A stretch of DNA of 64,000 bases, taken from an uncultured delta proteobacterium. Its GTDB lineage: Bacteria > Myxococcota > Myxococcia > SLRQ01. The DNA lies in assembly GCA_963727485.1 (NCBI GenBank), contig CAVSGM010000011.1, positions 448,001 to 512,000 of the forward strand, written 5' to 3'. The position numbers and the translations under genes are program-made. The notes beneath the pieces were generated by a model. That model was not told the DNA's origin and did not search any database. It was given only the letters and a program-made list of their open reading frames with translations. Of this stretch, positions 34,181 to 43,490 are shown one piece after another; the first letter of the stretch is position 1; every line of letters begins with the position of its first letter.

Positions 34181-35529
34181 TCACTTGCTCCTTGTCACGT
34201 CGAGGACGAGGGTCACCCGGGTGCCTCGCCCGGGGTGGATGCCACCTCGAGGTGGCCGCCGGCCTTCTTGGCCCGCTCCGCCATGTTGGTGAGGCCGTAG
34301 TGGCCCCGGAGGGTGCCCCCGGTCTCGAAGCCGGCGCCGTGGTCCTCGACCACCAGCGTGAGCCTCGGGTTCGCCCAGGTGAGCTCGACGTCGACGGCGT
34401 CGGTCCCGGCGTGGCGAGCCACGTTGGTGAGGCACTCCTGGAGCACCCGGAAGATGGTGAGCTGCGCCGAGGGGGGCAGCTCCGGCGGCCGGCCGTGGTG
34501 CTGGAAGCGCACCTCGAGGCGGGCCCGGCCGGCAAAGGTCTGGCAGTAGTCCTCGAGGGCGGGGAGCAGGTCGAAGTCGTCCCGCATCATCGAGATGTTC
34601 CGCCGCAGCTCGTCGATGCTCTCCTCGGCGACGCCCTTGAGCTCGACAATCTCGCCCACCAGGGCCTCGCCGTCCTTCCCGTCCTTCACCGCCTTGCGGG
34701 CGAGGGTCTGGAGGTACTCGGCCTCGATGATCAGCGAGGAGAGCGAGGCGCCGAGGCCGTCGTGGATCTCCCGGGCGATGCGGTTTCGCTCCTCGACCAC
34801 CGCCAGGTCCTTGAGGCCCTGCTGGAGCGTGACCACCTCCTGGTGCCGGGTCTGGTCGCGCTCGTTGAGGTACACCATCACGTAGACGATGATGAAGTTG
34901 ATGGCCGAGTACCAGATGAGCACGAAGAGAATCGAGGACCGCCGGGTCCTGCTGGAAGACCATCTGGTCGATCTTGGCGACGATGGGCAGGGTGAGCAGC
35001 GGCGGGAGGATCGCCAGCGGCTTGGGGAAGAGGATGACGAAGAGGGTGGTGAACATCAGCTGCGTGGCCAGCAGCGGCGAGCTGCAAGCCCCCGCTCGCG
35101 GTGATCATGTAGACCATGACCACCAGGTCGAGGCAGAGGGTGAGGAAGGTGATGGGCCGGGCGAGCTTGGGGCGGTCGAGGCAGAGGAAGGCCCCGACGC
35201 TGTAGCCGACCATCACGAAGTACACGGCGAAGGCCCAGAGGCTCCGGACCCCGAAGGCGGACGACCACCTGGGGATGGCCAGCACCCCGAGGCCGATGCC
35301 GAGGAAGGCCAGCCGCGCGTAGAAGAGGGTGCGCGCGCGGGTGACGAAGCGCTCGTCCTCGAAGCGCTCGGGATCGTAGGCGGGGATCTCCTCGAGGCCC
35401 TGCTCGTGGAGGATCCGGGAGACGGCGATGCCCCGGCGGTCGGCCTGTCGGATCTTCCCAGGCGACCTCGGCGGCGCCCAGTCCCTCGGCCCCGGGGGCC
35501 ACCCCGGCCTCGCTCACGGGCGCTGGCAT
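34181..35529 (-). CDS. Membrane sensor histidine kinase (HisKA_3); several apparent single-base indels (~35432, ~35086, ~34931, ~34226); start uncertain
   Basis: Multiple TM segments, ERNRIAREIHDGLG H-box, QECLTNVARHA, EDHGAGF, YGLTNMAERA. The pieces are spread over ORFs 34878..35285, 34181..35056 and 34213..34923. Confidence 0.85.
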
Positions 35530-35593
35530 CGAGCCAAGTCTACGAGCAACGCTGTGCGGGCCACAACCGGTGCCCGCGGCGGTAGGGTGGGGC

Positions 35594-37522
35594 ATGGGCG
35601 TGAAACTGCGGCTCCTGGGCGTCCTCTGCGTCTTCGGGGCATCGGCCGGCGGCGCGGGGTGCCAGGGCGGGCCGGGGCCCGTTACGCTCCCCGGCGACTT
35701 CGGACCGGGCTTCAGCGACATCGGCGCCGGTCTCCGGGCCGCGCCCCCGTGCACCCCCCTGACCCTCGACCAGGTCCAGTTCGGCGAGCCCACGGCGACC
35801 ACCGCCCTCATCGCCGACGTCGACGGCGACGGCCGGGCGGAGGTGATCGCCAGCTGCGCCGGGGACAACGTCAATCCCGCGCCGACCGCGGTGGCCTACC
35901 GCTACGACGCCGCCGCCGGGGCCCTGGTCCCGGCCCCGGCCCTGCTCCCCGCCGGCGTGCCGGCCCTGGTGGGCGTCCTCGACCTCGACGGCGACGGGCA
36001 CCCGGACCTGCTGGCGATGCGGCCCGAGCTCGCCGTCGCCTGGGGACGCGCCGGCGGTGGTTTCGAGCCCTTCGCCCCGCTGGTGGCCTCCGAGGGGAGC
36101 TGGCGCGGCTTGAGCTTCGCCGATGTCGACGGGGACGGGTGGCTGGACGCGGTGGTCGGCGACCGGGCCTGTGCCGCCGGCCACCGGGACCTCTCGCTCC
36201 TCCTGCGCACCGGGCCCCGGTCCTTCGCCCGCCGGGACACGCTGGTCACCCCGGCCTCGCCGGTGCAGCCCTACGGCGCCTTCGCCATCGCCGGGCCCCC
36301 GGGCCGGGGCGAGACGCTGCTGACCCTCGGTTCGGCCTGCTTCGGGGACTCGGCGCCGGGGTTCTACGCGCCCACGGGCCGCGCCGCCGATGGGGCGCCG
36401 ACCTTCACCACCGTCGACCCGCTCCCTGCGGATGCCTGGCCTCGAGACCACGGGGGCCCGGGCGCGGCCGCGACCCTCGCGGACTACGCGCCCATGGCCG
36501 CCGCCACCGGCGACCTCGACGGGGACGGCCTCGAGGACCTGGTGGTCACCCTCGACCCGAGCCTGGAGATCCTCCAGGGCCGGCCCCAGTGGCCCTTCGC
36601 CGACGCGAGCCGCGCCAGCGGGGTCCTCGAGCTCGACGCGCCTACCGGCCTCCCCGAGATCCCCTGGGGGCTCGCCATCGCCGACGTCGACGGCGACGGC
36701 CGCCCGGACCTGGTGGTCGCCCACGGGTACGACGAGGGCGCCTGGCGCGACCCGGCGCGCCAGATCGGCCCCCAGCGGGTCTCCGTCGACTGGAACACCG
36801 GGGGCCTGCGCTTCGGCGACGCCGGCCACGCCCTCCACGTGGACGCACCGGGCCAGTGGCGCTCCGTCGCCGTCGGCGATCTCGACGGGGACGGCGACCC
36901 GGACCTCGCCATCGGGGGCATGGGGCGCCTGCCAGCCATCTACCGAAACGACGTCGACCGGGGGAACCATGGCTTCGGCCTGGTGCTGGTGGGCACCGCC
37001 AGCAACCGCCTGGGCCTCGGGGCCGAGGTCGAGGTGTGGCCCGCCGGCGGCGGGGCTTTGCGCCGCTACACCGTCCCCCGGACCACCCAGTGGCGACTGG
37101 CGCCGGCGCCGGAGATCTTCGTGGGGCTGGGCCGGGCCACCTCCGCCGACCGGGCGCGGATCACCTGGCCCACCGGGGTGGTGCAGGTGGTGCACGACCT
37201 GGCGGCCGGCGCCGACCACCGCGTCGTCGAGCCCCCGCTCTTCACCCTCGACCCCGCCTCGCGCCACCTCCCGGCCGACGGCCACTCGGCCCTCGTGGTC
37301 ACCGTCCACCCGCGCAACCCCGACGGCACGGTACGCGCCGGCGCCCAGGTCTCGGTGAAGACCGCCGGGGGCACGGCGGTGACCCCCTCGGCCACCGACA
37401 CCCTCCCGGACGGGAGCGTCGCCGTCCACCTGGTGGCCCCGACGACCGCCGGGAGCTCGCGGCTCGAGATCACCGTCGACGGAGTGGTCTCGCCCATCCA
37501 CCCCCGGGTGTGGTGGGAGTGA
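35594..37522 (+). CDS. FG-GAP/VCBS repeat protein with ASPIC/UnbV-like domain and C-terminal Ig-like domain (CRTAC1-like)
   Basis: Six DxDGDG motifs (DVDGDG, DLDGDG...); SNRLGLGAEVEV...FVGLG...ITWPTG UnbV-like segment; N-terminal signal or lipobox. Confidence 0.8.
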   Translation: MGVKLRLLGVLCVFGASAGGAGCQGGPGPVTLPGDFGPGFSDIGAGLRAAPPCTPLTLDQVQFGEPTATTALIADVDGDGRAEVIASCAGDNVNPAPTAVAYRYDAAAGALVPAPALLPAGVPALVGVLDLDGDGHPDLLAMRPELAVAWGRAGGGFEPFAPLVASEGSWRGLSFADVDGDGWLDAVVGDRACAAGHRDLSLLLRTGPRSFARRDTLVTPASPVQPYGAFAIAGPPGRGETLLTLGSACFGDSAPGFYAPTGRAADGAPTFTTVDPLPADAWPRDHGGPGAAATLADYAPMAAATGDLDGDGLEDLVVTLDPSLEILQGRPQWPFADASRASGVLELDAPTGLPEIPWGLAIADVDGDGRPDLVVAHGYDEGAWRDPARQIGPQRVSVDWNTGGLRFGDAGHALHVDAPGQWRSVAVGDLDGDGDPDLAIGGMGRLPAIYRNDVDRGNHGFGLVLVGTASNRLGLGAEVEVWPAGGGALRRYTVPRTTQWRLAPAPEIFVGLGRATSADRARITWPTGVVQVVHDLAAGADHRVVEPPLFTLDPASRHLPADGHSALVVTVHPRNPDGTVRAGAQVSVKTAGGTAVTPSATDTLPDGSVAVHLVAPTTAGSSRLEITVDGVVSPIHPRVWWE

Positions 37523-37556
37523 GGGCGTGGTCCCGGACCGGGGTTAGGGTAGGCCC

Positions 37557-38549
37557 ATGCCCATCACCGCACGTGCCGTCCGCATCCGCGAGCCCGGCGA
37601 CGAGTCGGTCCTCGGCCTCGGCGACCTCGAGGTCCGGGACCCGGGCTTCGGCGAGGTTCGCGTCGCCGTCGCCGCCGCCGGCCTCAACCGCGCCGACCTC
37701 CTCCAGCGCCAGGGCTTCTACCCGGCGCCCCCGGGCAGCCCCCCGGACGTCCCGGGCCTCGAGTACGCCGGCACCGTGGAGGCGGTGGGCCCGGGGCCCT
37801 CGGAGCTGAAGGTCGGCGACCGGGTCATGGGCCTCGCCAGCGGCGGCGCCATGGCCACCCACCTGGTGGTCCCGGCGCGGGAGGTGCTCCCGGTCCCGGG
37901 CCGCTTCGACCTCGCCACCGCCGCGGCGATCCCCGAGGTCTTCCTCACCGCCTACGACGCCCTCGTCCTCCAGGGGCGCCTCGCCCCGGGCGAGGTCGCC
38001 CTGATCCACGCGGTGGGCAGCGGGGTGGGGACCGCGGCGGTGCAGCTCGCCCGGGCCGTGGGCGCGCGGCCCGTGGGCACCTCGAGGACCCGGGAGAAGC
38101 TCGAGAGGGTGAAGTCGCTGGGCTGCGACGACGGGATCCTGGTCGAGGACGGGCGCTTCGCCGAGGCGGTGCGCGCCGTCACCTCCGGCCGGGGCGCCGA
38201 CGTCCTCCTCGACCCGGTGGGCGCCGCCTATCTCGGCGAGAACCTGGCGGCGCTCGCGCCCCGGGGGCGGATGGTGGTCATCGGGCTCCTCGGCGGGCGG
38301 ACCGGCGAGCTGCCGCTCGGCCTGGTGCTCTCCCGGCGGCTCCAGATCACCGGCTCGGTGCTCCGGAGCCGGGCCCCGGAGGAGAAGGCGACCCTGGCCC
38401 AGACCGCCCGGCGCCAGCTGCTGCCGCTGTTCGAGGCCGGGCGCCTCGAGCCGGTGATCGACACGGTGCGGCCCATGGCCGAGATCGGCGAGGCCCACGC
38501 GCAGATGGCTTCCAACCGGACCTTCGGGAAGATCGTCCTGACCTGGTGA
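37557..38549 (+). CDS. NAD(P)H:quinone oxidoreductase (PIG3/zeta-crystallin MDR family)
   Basis: GLNRADLLQRQGFYP, PGLEYAG, IHAVGSGVGTAA, FGKIVL. Confidence 0.92.
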   Translation: MPITARAVRIREPGDESVLGLGDLEVRDPGFGEVRVAVAAAGLNRADLLQRQGFYPAPPGSPPDVPGLEYAGTVEAVGPGPSELKVGDRVMGLASGGAMATHLVVPAREVLPVPGRFDLATAAAIPEVFLTAYDALVLQGRLAPGEVALIHAVGSGVGTAAVQLARAVGARPVGTSRTREKLERVKSLGCDDGILVEDGRFAEAVRAVTSGRGADVLLDPVGAAYLGENLAALAPRGRMVVIGLLGGRTGELPLGLVLSRRLQITGSVLRSRAPEEKATLAQTARRQLLPLFEAGRLEPVIDTVRPMAEIGEAHAQMASNRTFGKIVLTW

Positions 38550-38553
38550 GGCA

Positions 38554-38582
38554 GCGCCGGCCCGGGGGGGCCGGGCCGGCGC
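38554..38582. terminator. Perfect 12-bp hairpin between convergent genes (possible bidirectional terminator)
   Basis: GCGCCGGCCCGG-ggggg-CCGGGCCGGCGC; no U-tract. Confidence 0.55.
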
Positions 38583-38593
38583 CGCGGTGCCGG

Positions 38594-40666
38594 CTAGTCG
38601 CCCTGGTCCTGGCGGTCGCGCCGGCGGTCGCGTCGGCGCTCACGCTTCACCTTGACGGTGATGGCGTCGGTGCGCTCCCGCCCGGTCCAGGTGTAGAGGC
38701 CGAAGCGGTCGCCGCTCCAGCCCTTCGGCACGACCAGGGTGGCCGCCACCTGGTACTCGCCGCGCTCGTCGATGCCGCAGGCGTTGGCGAGGTCGACGTC
38801 GAGATCGAGCTGGTCCCGCGCGCTGAGGGTGACGAAGTCGCCGCGGCGGGCGCCGCCGTTGCGCTGGCCGGGGACGGTGCAGCTCTGGGCCTGGCCGCGG
38901 GCGTCCCGGACGTGGAGCCGGACCATCCACCGCCGGGGCCGGGGGGTGGCGTAGGGCTGCCCCTCCGGCGGGCCGAGGTGGAGGGTCACGGTGACGGCCT
39001 CTCCGGCGTGGGCGGCCGGGCGCTGGGCGGTGAGCCAGAGCCGGGGCGCCGGGGTGGGACCACCGGCCGACGGGGGCGGGGGGCCCTCGCCGCGGCCCAC
39101 CTGGAGGCTGAAGGTCTGCGCCGACACCCGGCCCGACCACACGTCCACCGGGCCCCGGGGGCCGGGGATGCGGACGTTCGTCGGGGGGACGTCATAGGTG
39201 AGCGTGACCTGGTAGCGGCCCCGGCCCAGGGGGTTGCAGACCTGGGCGAGATCGACGTTCGCCGAGAGGCTCCCGCCGGAGCCCACCGCCCGGGCCAGGG
39301 ACTGCATCCGGGGCATGGCGCGGATGGACTGGGGCCGGCAGCCGATGAGGTTCCCCCGGTCGTCGACGATGCGCGCCGAGACGAAGAGCCGGGTGGGCTC
39401 GGGGAGGCCGACGATGAAGGCGCTGCGGTTGGTCACGGTGAGGCGTGTGGGGAGGGCGGCGCGGGGGCGCTGCCGCCCGGTGGGAGGCAGGGCGTCGAGG
39501 GTGATCCGCGCCGGCCCCTGGGGCGCCGGGCGCTCCTGGACCGCCCCGGGATCCCGGATGAAGTCGAAGCGCTGGGCCTCGAGGGTGCCGGTGAACAGGC
39601 GCCGGCGGAGGTTCCAGGGCAGCCGGCCGATGTCCTGGGCCGGGAGCTTGTAGCGCACCTGGAGCAGGTAGCGCCCGGGCCGGCCCAGGTCGCACCGCGC
39701 CCGGACGTGGAGGGTGTGGGCGAGCCGGCGGCCGGGGACCAGGAACTGGAGGTCGGCCTGGTTGAAGGGCCGGGCCTGGGGCTGGCGGCAGCTCACCGGG
39801 CGCCCGTCGGCGGTGGTCACCTGGACCTGGAGGCTCCGGGCCTCAGGGGCAGGGCGTAGACCGGCTGCGCGCCGGTGTTGGCGAGGGTGACCTCGACGTC
39901 GAGGGGCTGGCCCACCCGGGTCCGGGTCGGACGCTGGATGCTGAGGCTCAGGCCGGCGGTGGGGGTCGGCGCCGGCGGCGGGGTGTAGCCGCGGACGGTG
40001 AGGGAGGTCTGGCCCCGGAAGGTGCCGGCGAGGGCGTCGGGGCGGCCGAGGCCGGGGACGTGGTAGTCGAGGATCACGCGCCAGTGGCCGGTGGGCACCG
40101 GGCCGCAGAAGCGGTCGAGGTTCACCACCCGCTGGAGCTGGTCCCCCGGGGCGAGGACCACGAAGTTCCCCGGGCGGGCGGCGGTCGGCGCCGGGGGCCC
40201 GCCGCGGCAGGCGTTCCCGCTGCCCAGGGAGAAGTGCATGAAGCCCGGGGCGAGGGCGTGGATGCGCACCGGCTCGGGGTTCCCGTTGGTGAGGGTCACG
40301 GTGACGGGCACCGGCCCGTTCATGGCGTAGGGCGCGCCCTGGGGGGCCAGGGTCAGACGCATCCCGCGCCGGAGCCGCGCCGCGGGCAGGCGGCTCACCG
40401 GCTGGTTCACCGGGCGGCCCCGGTGCACCGGCGGCGGGGCCTGGGGCGGGGGGGCCTCGATCGGGCTGGGGCGGTGGCTGCGGGGCCGGCGCCTGCTGGG
40501 GCGGCTGCCTCCTGCGGCGGCGGCGCCTGCTGCGGCGCGGCTGCTGGGACGGGGGCTGCTGCTGGGGCGGTGGCGCCTGGGCCGGGGTGGCGTTCGGGTT
40601 GGGCGCGGGGACGACGATGCAGCCCGCGATGAGCATGGCGGTGACGACCGGCAAGAGACGACGCAT
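38594..40666 (-). CDS. Lipoprotein with Pro/Gln-rich linker and four tandem Cys-paired beta-sandwich repeats; apparent frameshifts near 40450-40530 and ~39844
   Basis: MRRLLPVVTAMLIAGC lipobox. The repeats are distributed over ORFs 39817..40428 and 38594..40777. Confidence 0.65.
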   Translation of the reverse strand: MRRLLPVVTAMLIAGCIVVPAPNPNATPAQAPPPQQQPPSQQPRRSRRRRRRRQPPQQAPAPQPPPQPDRGPPAPGPAAGAPGPPGEPAGEPPARGAAPARDASDPGPPGRALRHERAGARHRDPHQREPRAGAHPRPRPGLHALLPGQRERLPRRAPGADRRPPGELRGPRPGGPAPAGGEPRPLLRPGAHRPLARDPRLPRPRPRPPRRPRRHLPGPDLPHRPRLHPAAGADPHRRPEPQHPASDPDPGGPAPRRRGHPRQHRRAAGLRPAPEARSLQVQVTTADGRPVSCRQPQARPFNQADLQFLVPGRRLAHTLHVRARCDLGRPGRYLLQVRYKLPAQDIGRLPWNLRRRLFTGTLEAQRFDFIRDPGAVQERPAPQGPARITLDALPPTGRQRPRAALPTRLTVTNRSAFIVGLPEPTRLFVSARIVDDRGNLIGCRPQSIRAMPRMQSLARAVGSGGSLSANVDLAQVCNPLGRGRYQVTLTYDVPPTNVRIPGPRGPVDVWSGRVSAQTFSLQVGRGEGPPPPSAGGPTPAPRLWLTAQRPAAHAGEAVTVTLHLGPPEGQPYATPRPRRWMVRLHVRDARGQAQSCTVPGQRNGGARRGDFVTLSARDQLDLDVDLANACGIDERGEYQVAATLVVPKGWSGDRFGLYTWTGRERTDAITVKVKRERRRDRRRDRQDQGD

Positions 40667-40731
40667 GGGGCTCTCCGGCAAGGGGTTCACGGCACTCCGA
40701 CGCAGCGGGCCGGCAGGTATTCGACCCGCGC

Positions 40732-40790
40732 TTGACACCCCACGGGCCGGGGCACATAACCCTACCAAACCGACCAATCCGGTAAACTAC
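40732..40790 (+). promoter_or_regulatory. Sigma70-type promoter plus candidate Rrf2 operator
   Basis: TTGACA (40732-40737), 17-nt spacer, CATAAC (40755-40760), then the unusually A-rich CCTACCAAACCGACCAATCCGGTAAACT with an ACC-N5-GGT dyad just before ATG 40791. Confidence 0.6.
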
Positions 40791-41270
40791 ATGAAGCTCT
40801 CCACCCGCGCGAGATACGGCCTGCGGGGCCTCTTGGATATCGCGTATCACGACCATGGCCGGGCGACCCACGTGAAGGACATCGCCCGGCGCCAGGACGT
40901 GACCCCCCGGTACCTCGAGCAGATCTTCCAGGCCCTCAAGAAGGCGGGGCTCCTCACCGGCCAGCGCGGTCCCCGGGGCGGCTACGCCCTGGCGCGGGCC
41001 CCGGAGCAAATCACCATCGGCGACGTGGTCCGCGCCACCGAGGGTCCCATCCGCTTCACCGACGCGGCCAAGGAGGGCAGCCGGAGCCACCGCCCGCCCG
41101 GGACCGCCCCCGCCGCCGCGCCGAGCCTCACCCGCACCGTGTGGGACGAGATCGCCCTCAAGCTCGAGGGCTACCTCGACGGCATCAGCGTCGCCGACCT
41201 CTGCCGCCGGGCCGAGGCCGAGGGCCTCCCCCGGGAGGCCGACGCCAAGCGCCTCATGTACTTCATCTAG
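40791..41270 (+). CDS. Rrf2 family regulator, CymR-like (no Fe-S Cys triad)
   Basis: MKLSTRARYGLR...YLEQIF..LKKAGL...RGPRGGY.LAR; C-terminus RLMYFI. Confidence 0.9.
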   Translation: MKLSTRARYGLRGLLDIAYHDHGRATHVKDIARRQDVTPRYLEQIFQALKKAGLLTGQRGPRGGYALARAPEQITIGDVVRATEGPIRFTDAAKEGSRSHRPPGTAPAAAPSLTRTVWDEIALKLEGYLDGISVADLCRRAEAEGLPREADAKRLMYFI

Positions 41271-41278
41271 GAACCCTG

Positions 41279-42223
41279 ATGCGCGCGCCCCCCGCCATGG
41301 ACAGCATCCTCGAGGCCGTCGGCGGCACCCCCCTGGTGCACCTGCCGCGCCTCTCGCCCCCGGGGCGGACCCTCCTCGCCAAGGCCGAGCACCTGGAGCC
41401 GGCGGGCTCGGTGAAGGACCGCATCGCCCTGGAGATGATCGCCGCCGCCGAGCGCGACGGGCGCCTCGAGCCCGGGGGCACGGTCATCGAGCCCACCAGC
41501 GGCAACACCGGGGTGGGCCTGGCGCTCGTGTGCGCCGCCCGGGGCTACCGCCTCATCCTCACCATGCCCTCGGACATGAGCCTCGAGCGCCGGCAGCTCC
41601 TCGAGGCCTACGGCGCCGAGGTGGTCCTCACCGACGCCGCCCGGTTCATGGAGGGCGCCATCGCCGCCGCCGCCGACCTCGCCGCGGCCACCGACGGCGC
41701 CTTCGTGCCCAGCCAGTTCGACAACCCCGACAACCCCGCGGCCCACCGGAAGGGCACCGGCCCCGAGCTCGTCGACGCCCTCGAGGCCTGGCGGGGGGAC
41801 GACGCCCGCCTCGACGCGGTGGTCCTGGGGGTGGGCACCGGGGGCACCCTCACCGGCGTCGCCCCGGTGCTCCGGGCCCGCTTCCCCGGGGTGCAGGTGG
41901 TGGCGGTGGAGCCGGCCACCAGCGCCGTCCTCTCCGGGGGCGAGGCGGGCTTCCACCGGATCCAGGGCATCGGCGCGGGCTTCGTGCCCAAGGTCCTCGA
42001 CCGCGGCGCCGTCAATCGGGTGGTCACGGTCACCGACGAGGCGGCCTGGGCCATGCGCGGGCGCCTCGCCCGGGAGGAGGGGATCCTCGCCGGGGTGTCC
42101 TCCGGCGCCAACGTCCACGCGGCCCTCGAGCTGGCGGGGACCCTCCCCGAGGGGGCGGTGGTGGCCACCCTTCTCTGCGACACCGGCGAGCGCTACTTCT
42201 CCCTGGAGCGGTTCTTCCCATGA
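41279..42223 (+). CDS. cysK: Cysteine synthase A (O-acetylserine sulfhydrylase)
   Basis: PAGSVKDR (PLP Lys), EPTSGNTG, QFDNPDN, GTGGT, HRIQGIGAGFVP, DTGERY. Confidence 0.9.
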   Translation: MRAPPAMDSILEAVGGTPLVHLPRLSPPGRTLLAKAEHLEPAGSVKDRIALEMIAAAERDGRLEPGGTVIEPTSGNTGVGLALVCAARGYRLILTMPSDMSLERRQLLEAYGAEVVLTDAARFMEGAIAAAADLAAATDGAFVPSQFDNPDNPAAHRKGTGPELVDALEAWRGDDARLDAVVLGVGTGGTLTGVAPVLRARFPGVQVVAVEPATSAVLSGGEAGFHRIQGIGAGFVPKVLDRGAVNRVVTVTDEAAWAMRGRLAREEGILAGVSSGANVHAALELAGTLPEGAVVATLLCDTGERYFSLERFFP

Positions 42224-42985
42224 GCCTCACCGAGCCCCAAATCGAGCGGTACGGCCGCCGAATCCTCCTCGACGAGATCGGCGGGGCGGGTCAGGAGACC
42301 CTCCTCGGGGCCCGGGTGGGCGTGGTCGGCGCCGGGGGCCTGGGCTCGCCCGTGGTCCTCTACCTCGCCGCCGCCGGGGTGGGGCACCTGACGGTCCTCG
42401 ACCCGGACACGGTGGCCCTCTCCAACCTCCACCGGCAGAATCCTCCACACCACCGCCGACCTCGGGCGCCCCAAGGCGAGGCGCGCCGCCGAGGCGGTGG
42501 GCGCCCTCGACCCCGCGCTCCAGGTGGACGCCGTCGAGGGCCGCCTGGAGCCGGAGACCGCCGACGCCTTCTTCCGGGATCACGACCTGGTGGTCGACGG
42601 CTCGGACAACTTCGACACCCGCTTCCTCGCCAGCGACGCGGCGGTGCGCACCGGCACCCCCCTGGTCCACGGGGCGGTCCTGGGCTTCTCGGGGCAGGTG
42701 ATGGTCGTCGCCCCCGGCGAGGGCGGGTGCTACCGCTGCCTCTTCGAGGCCCCGCCGCCGGCGGGCGAGGTCCCGGCGTGCTCGGTGGCCGGGGTGGTCG
42801 GCGCCGCCTGCGGGGTCCTGGGCTCGGTCATGGCCCTCGAGGCAATCAAGCGCCTGGTGGGCGCCCCGGGCCTCGTCGGGCGGATGTGGACCTGGGACGG
42901 GCTGACCGGCCGGGTCCGCGTGGTCACGGTGCCCAGGAACCCGAGGTGCCCGAGCTGCGGCGCCCCCCGGGAGGCCCGCCGGTGA
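42220..42985 (+). CDS. MoeB/ThiF family E1-like adenylyltransferase without rhodanese domain; apparent frameshift at ~42440
   Basis: RYGRRILL, GAGGLGSP, SNLHRQ(I)LH, DGSDNFDTR, CYRC...CPSC. Joins if GAATC at 42438-42442 is GATC. Confidence 0.9.
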
Positions 42986-43206
42986 CCGCCCCCCTCAATC
43001 TCCAGGGGGTCGCCTGCCCCCTCAACCTCGTGAAGGTCCGCCTCGCCCTCGAGCCCCTGGCCCCGGGCGAGGTGCTCACCGTTCTCCTCAATCCCGGGGA
43101 GGCCACCGACAACGTCCCCCGCGCGGTGGCCCAAGCCGGCCACGCGGTCCTTCAGACCACCCCGGGCGAGCCCACCCGCATCGTCATCCGCAAAGGAGGC
43201 CCCTGA
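42982..43206 (+). CDS. TusA/SirA family sulfur carrier
   Basis: LNLQGVACPLNLVKVRLAL...GEVLTVLL...NVP, 74 aa, start and stop overlapping both neighbours. Confidence 0.85.
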   Translation: MTAPLNLQGVACPLNLVKVRLALEPLAPGEVLTVLLNPGEATDNVPRAVAQAGHAVLQTTPGEPTRIVIRKGGP

Positions 43207-43484
43207 TGTCCGTCACCGTCCGCATCCCCACGCCGCTCCGCAAGCTCTCCGCCGGCGCCGACCAGGTCGAGGTCGAGGGCGCCACCATCGGCGAGGTCCT
43301 CACCGCCCTCGAGGCCGCGCACCCCGGGTTCCAGGAGAAGATCCTCGACGACAAGGGGGCCCTGCGCCGCTTCGTGAACATCTACGCCGGCGACGAGGAC
43401 GTCCGGTTCCTCGACGGCCTGGAGACCCAGGTCGCAGACGGCGCCCAGGTGTCCATCGTCCCGGCCATCGCCGGGGGCCGGTAG
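43206..43484 (+). CDS. MoaD/ThiS/CysO-like ubiquitin-fold sulfur carrier ending ...AIAGG-R
   Basis: VRIPTPLR...FVNIY...IVPAIAGGR*. Confidence 0.92.
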   Translation: MSVTVRIPTPLRKLSAGADQVEVEGATIGEVLTALEAAHPGFQEKILDDKGALRRFVNIYAGDEDVRFLDGLETQVADGAQVSIVPAIAGGR

Positions 43485-43490
43485 CCGCCC

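Noticed and set aside
40587..40790. N-terminal extension of the Rrf2 ORF
   Set aside because: It overlaps the divergent lipoprotein start and the promoter. The Rrf2 fold begins at MKLSTR (40791).
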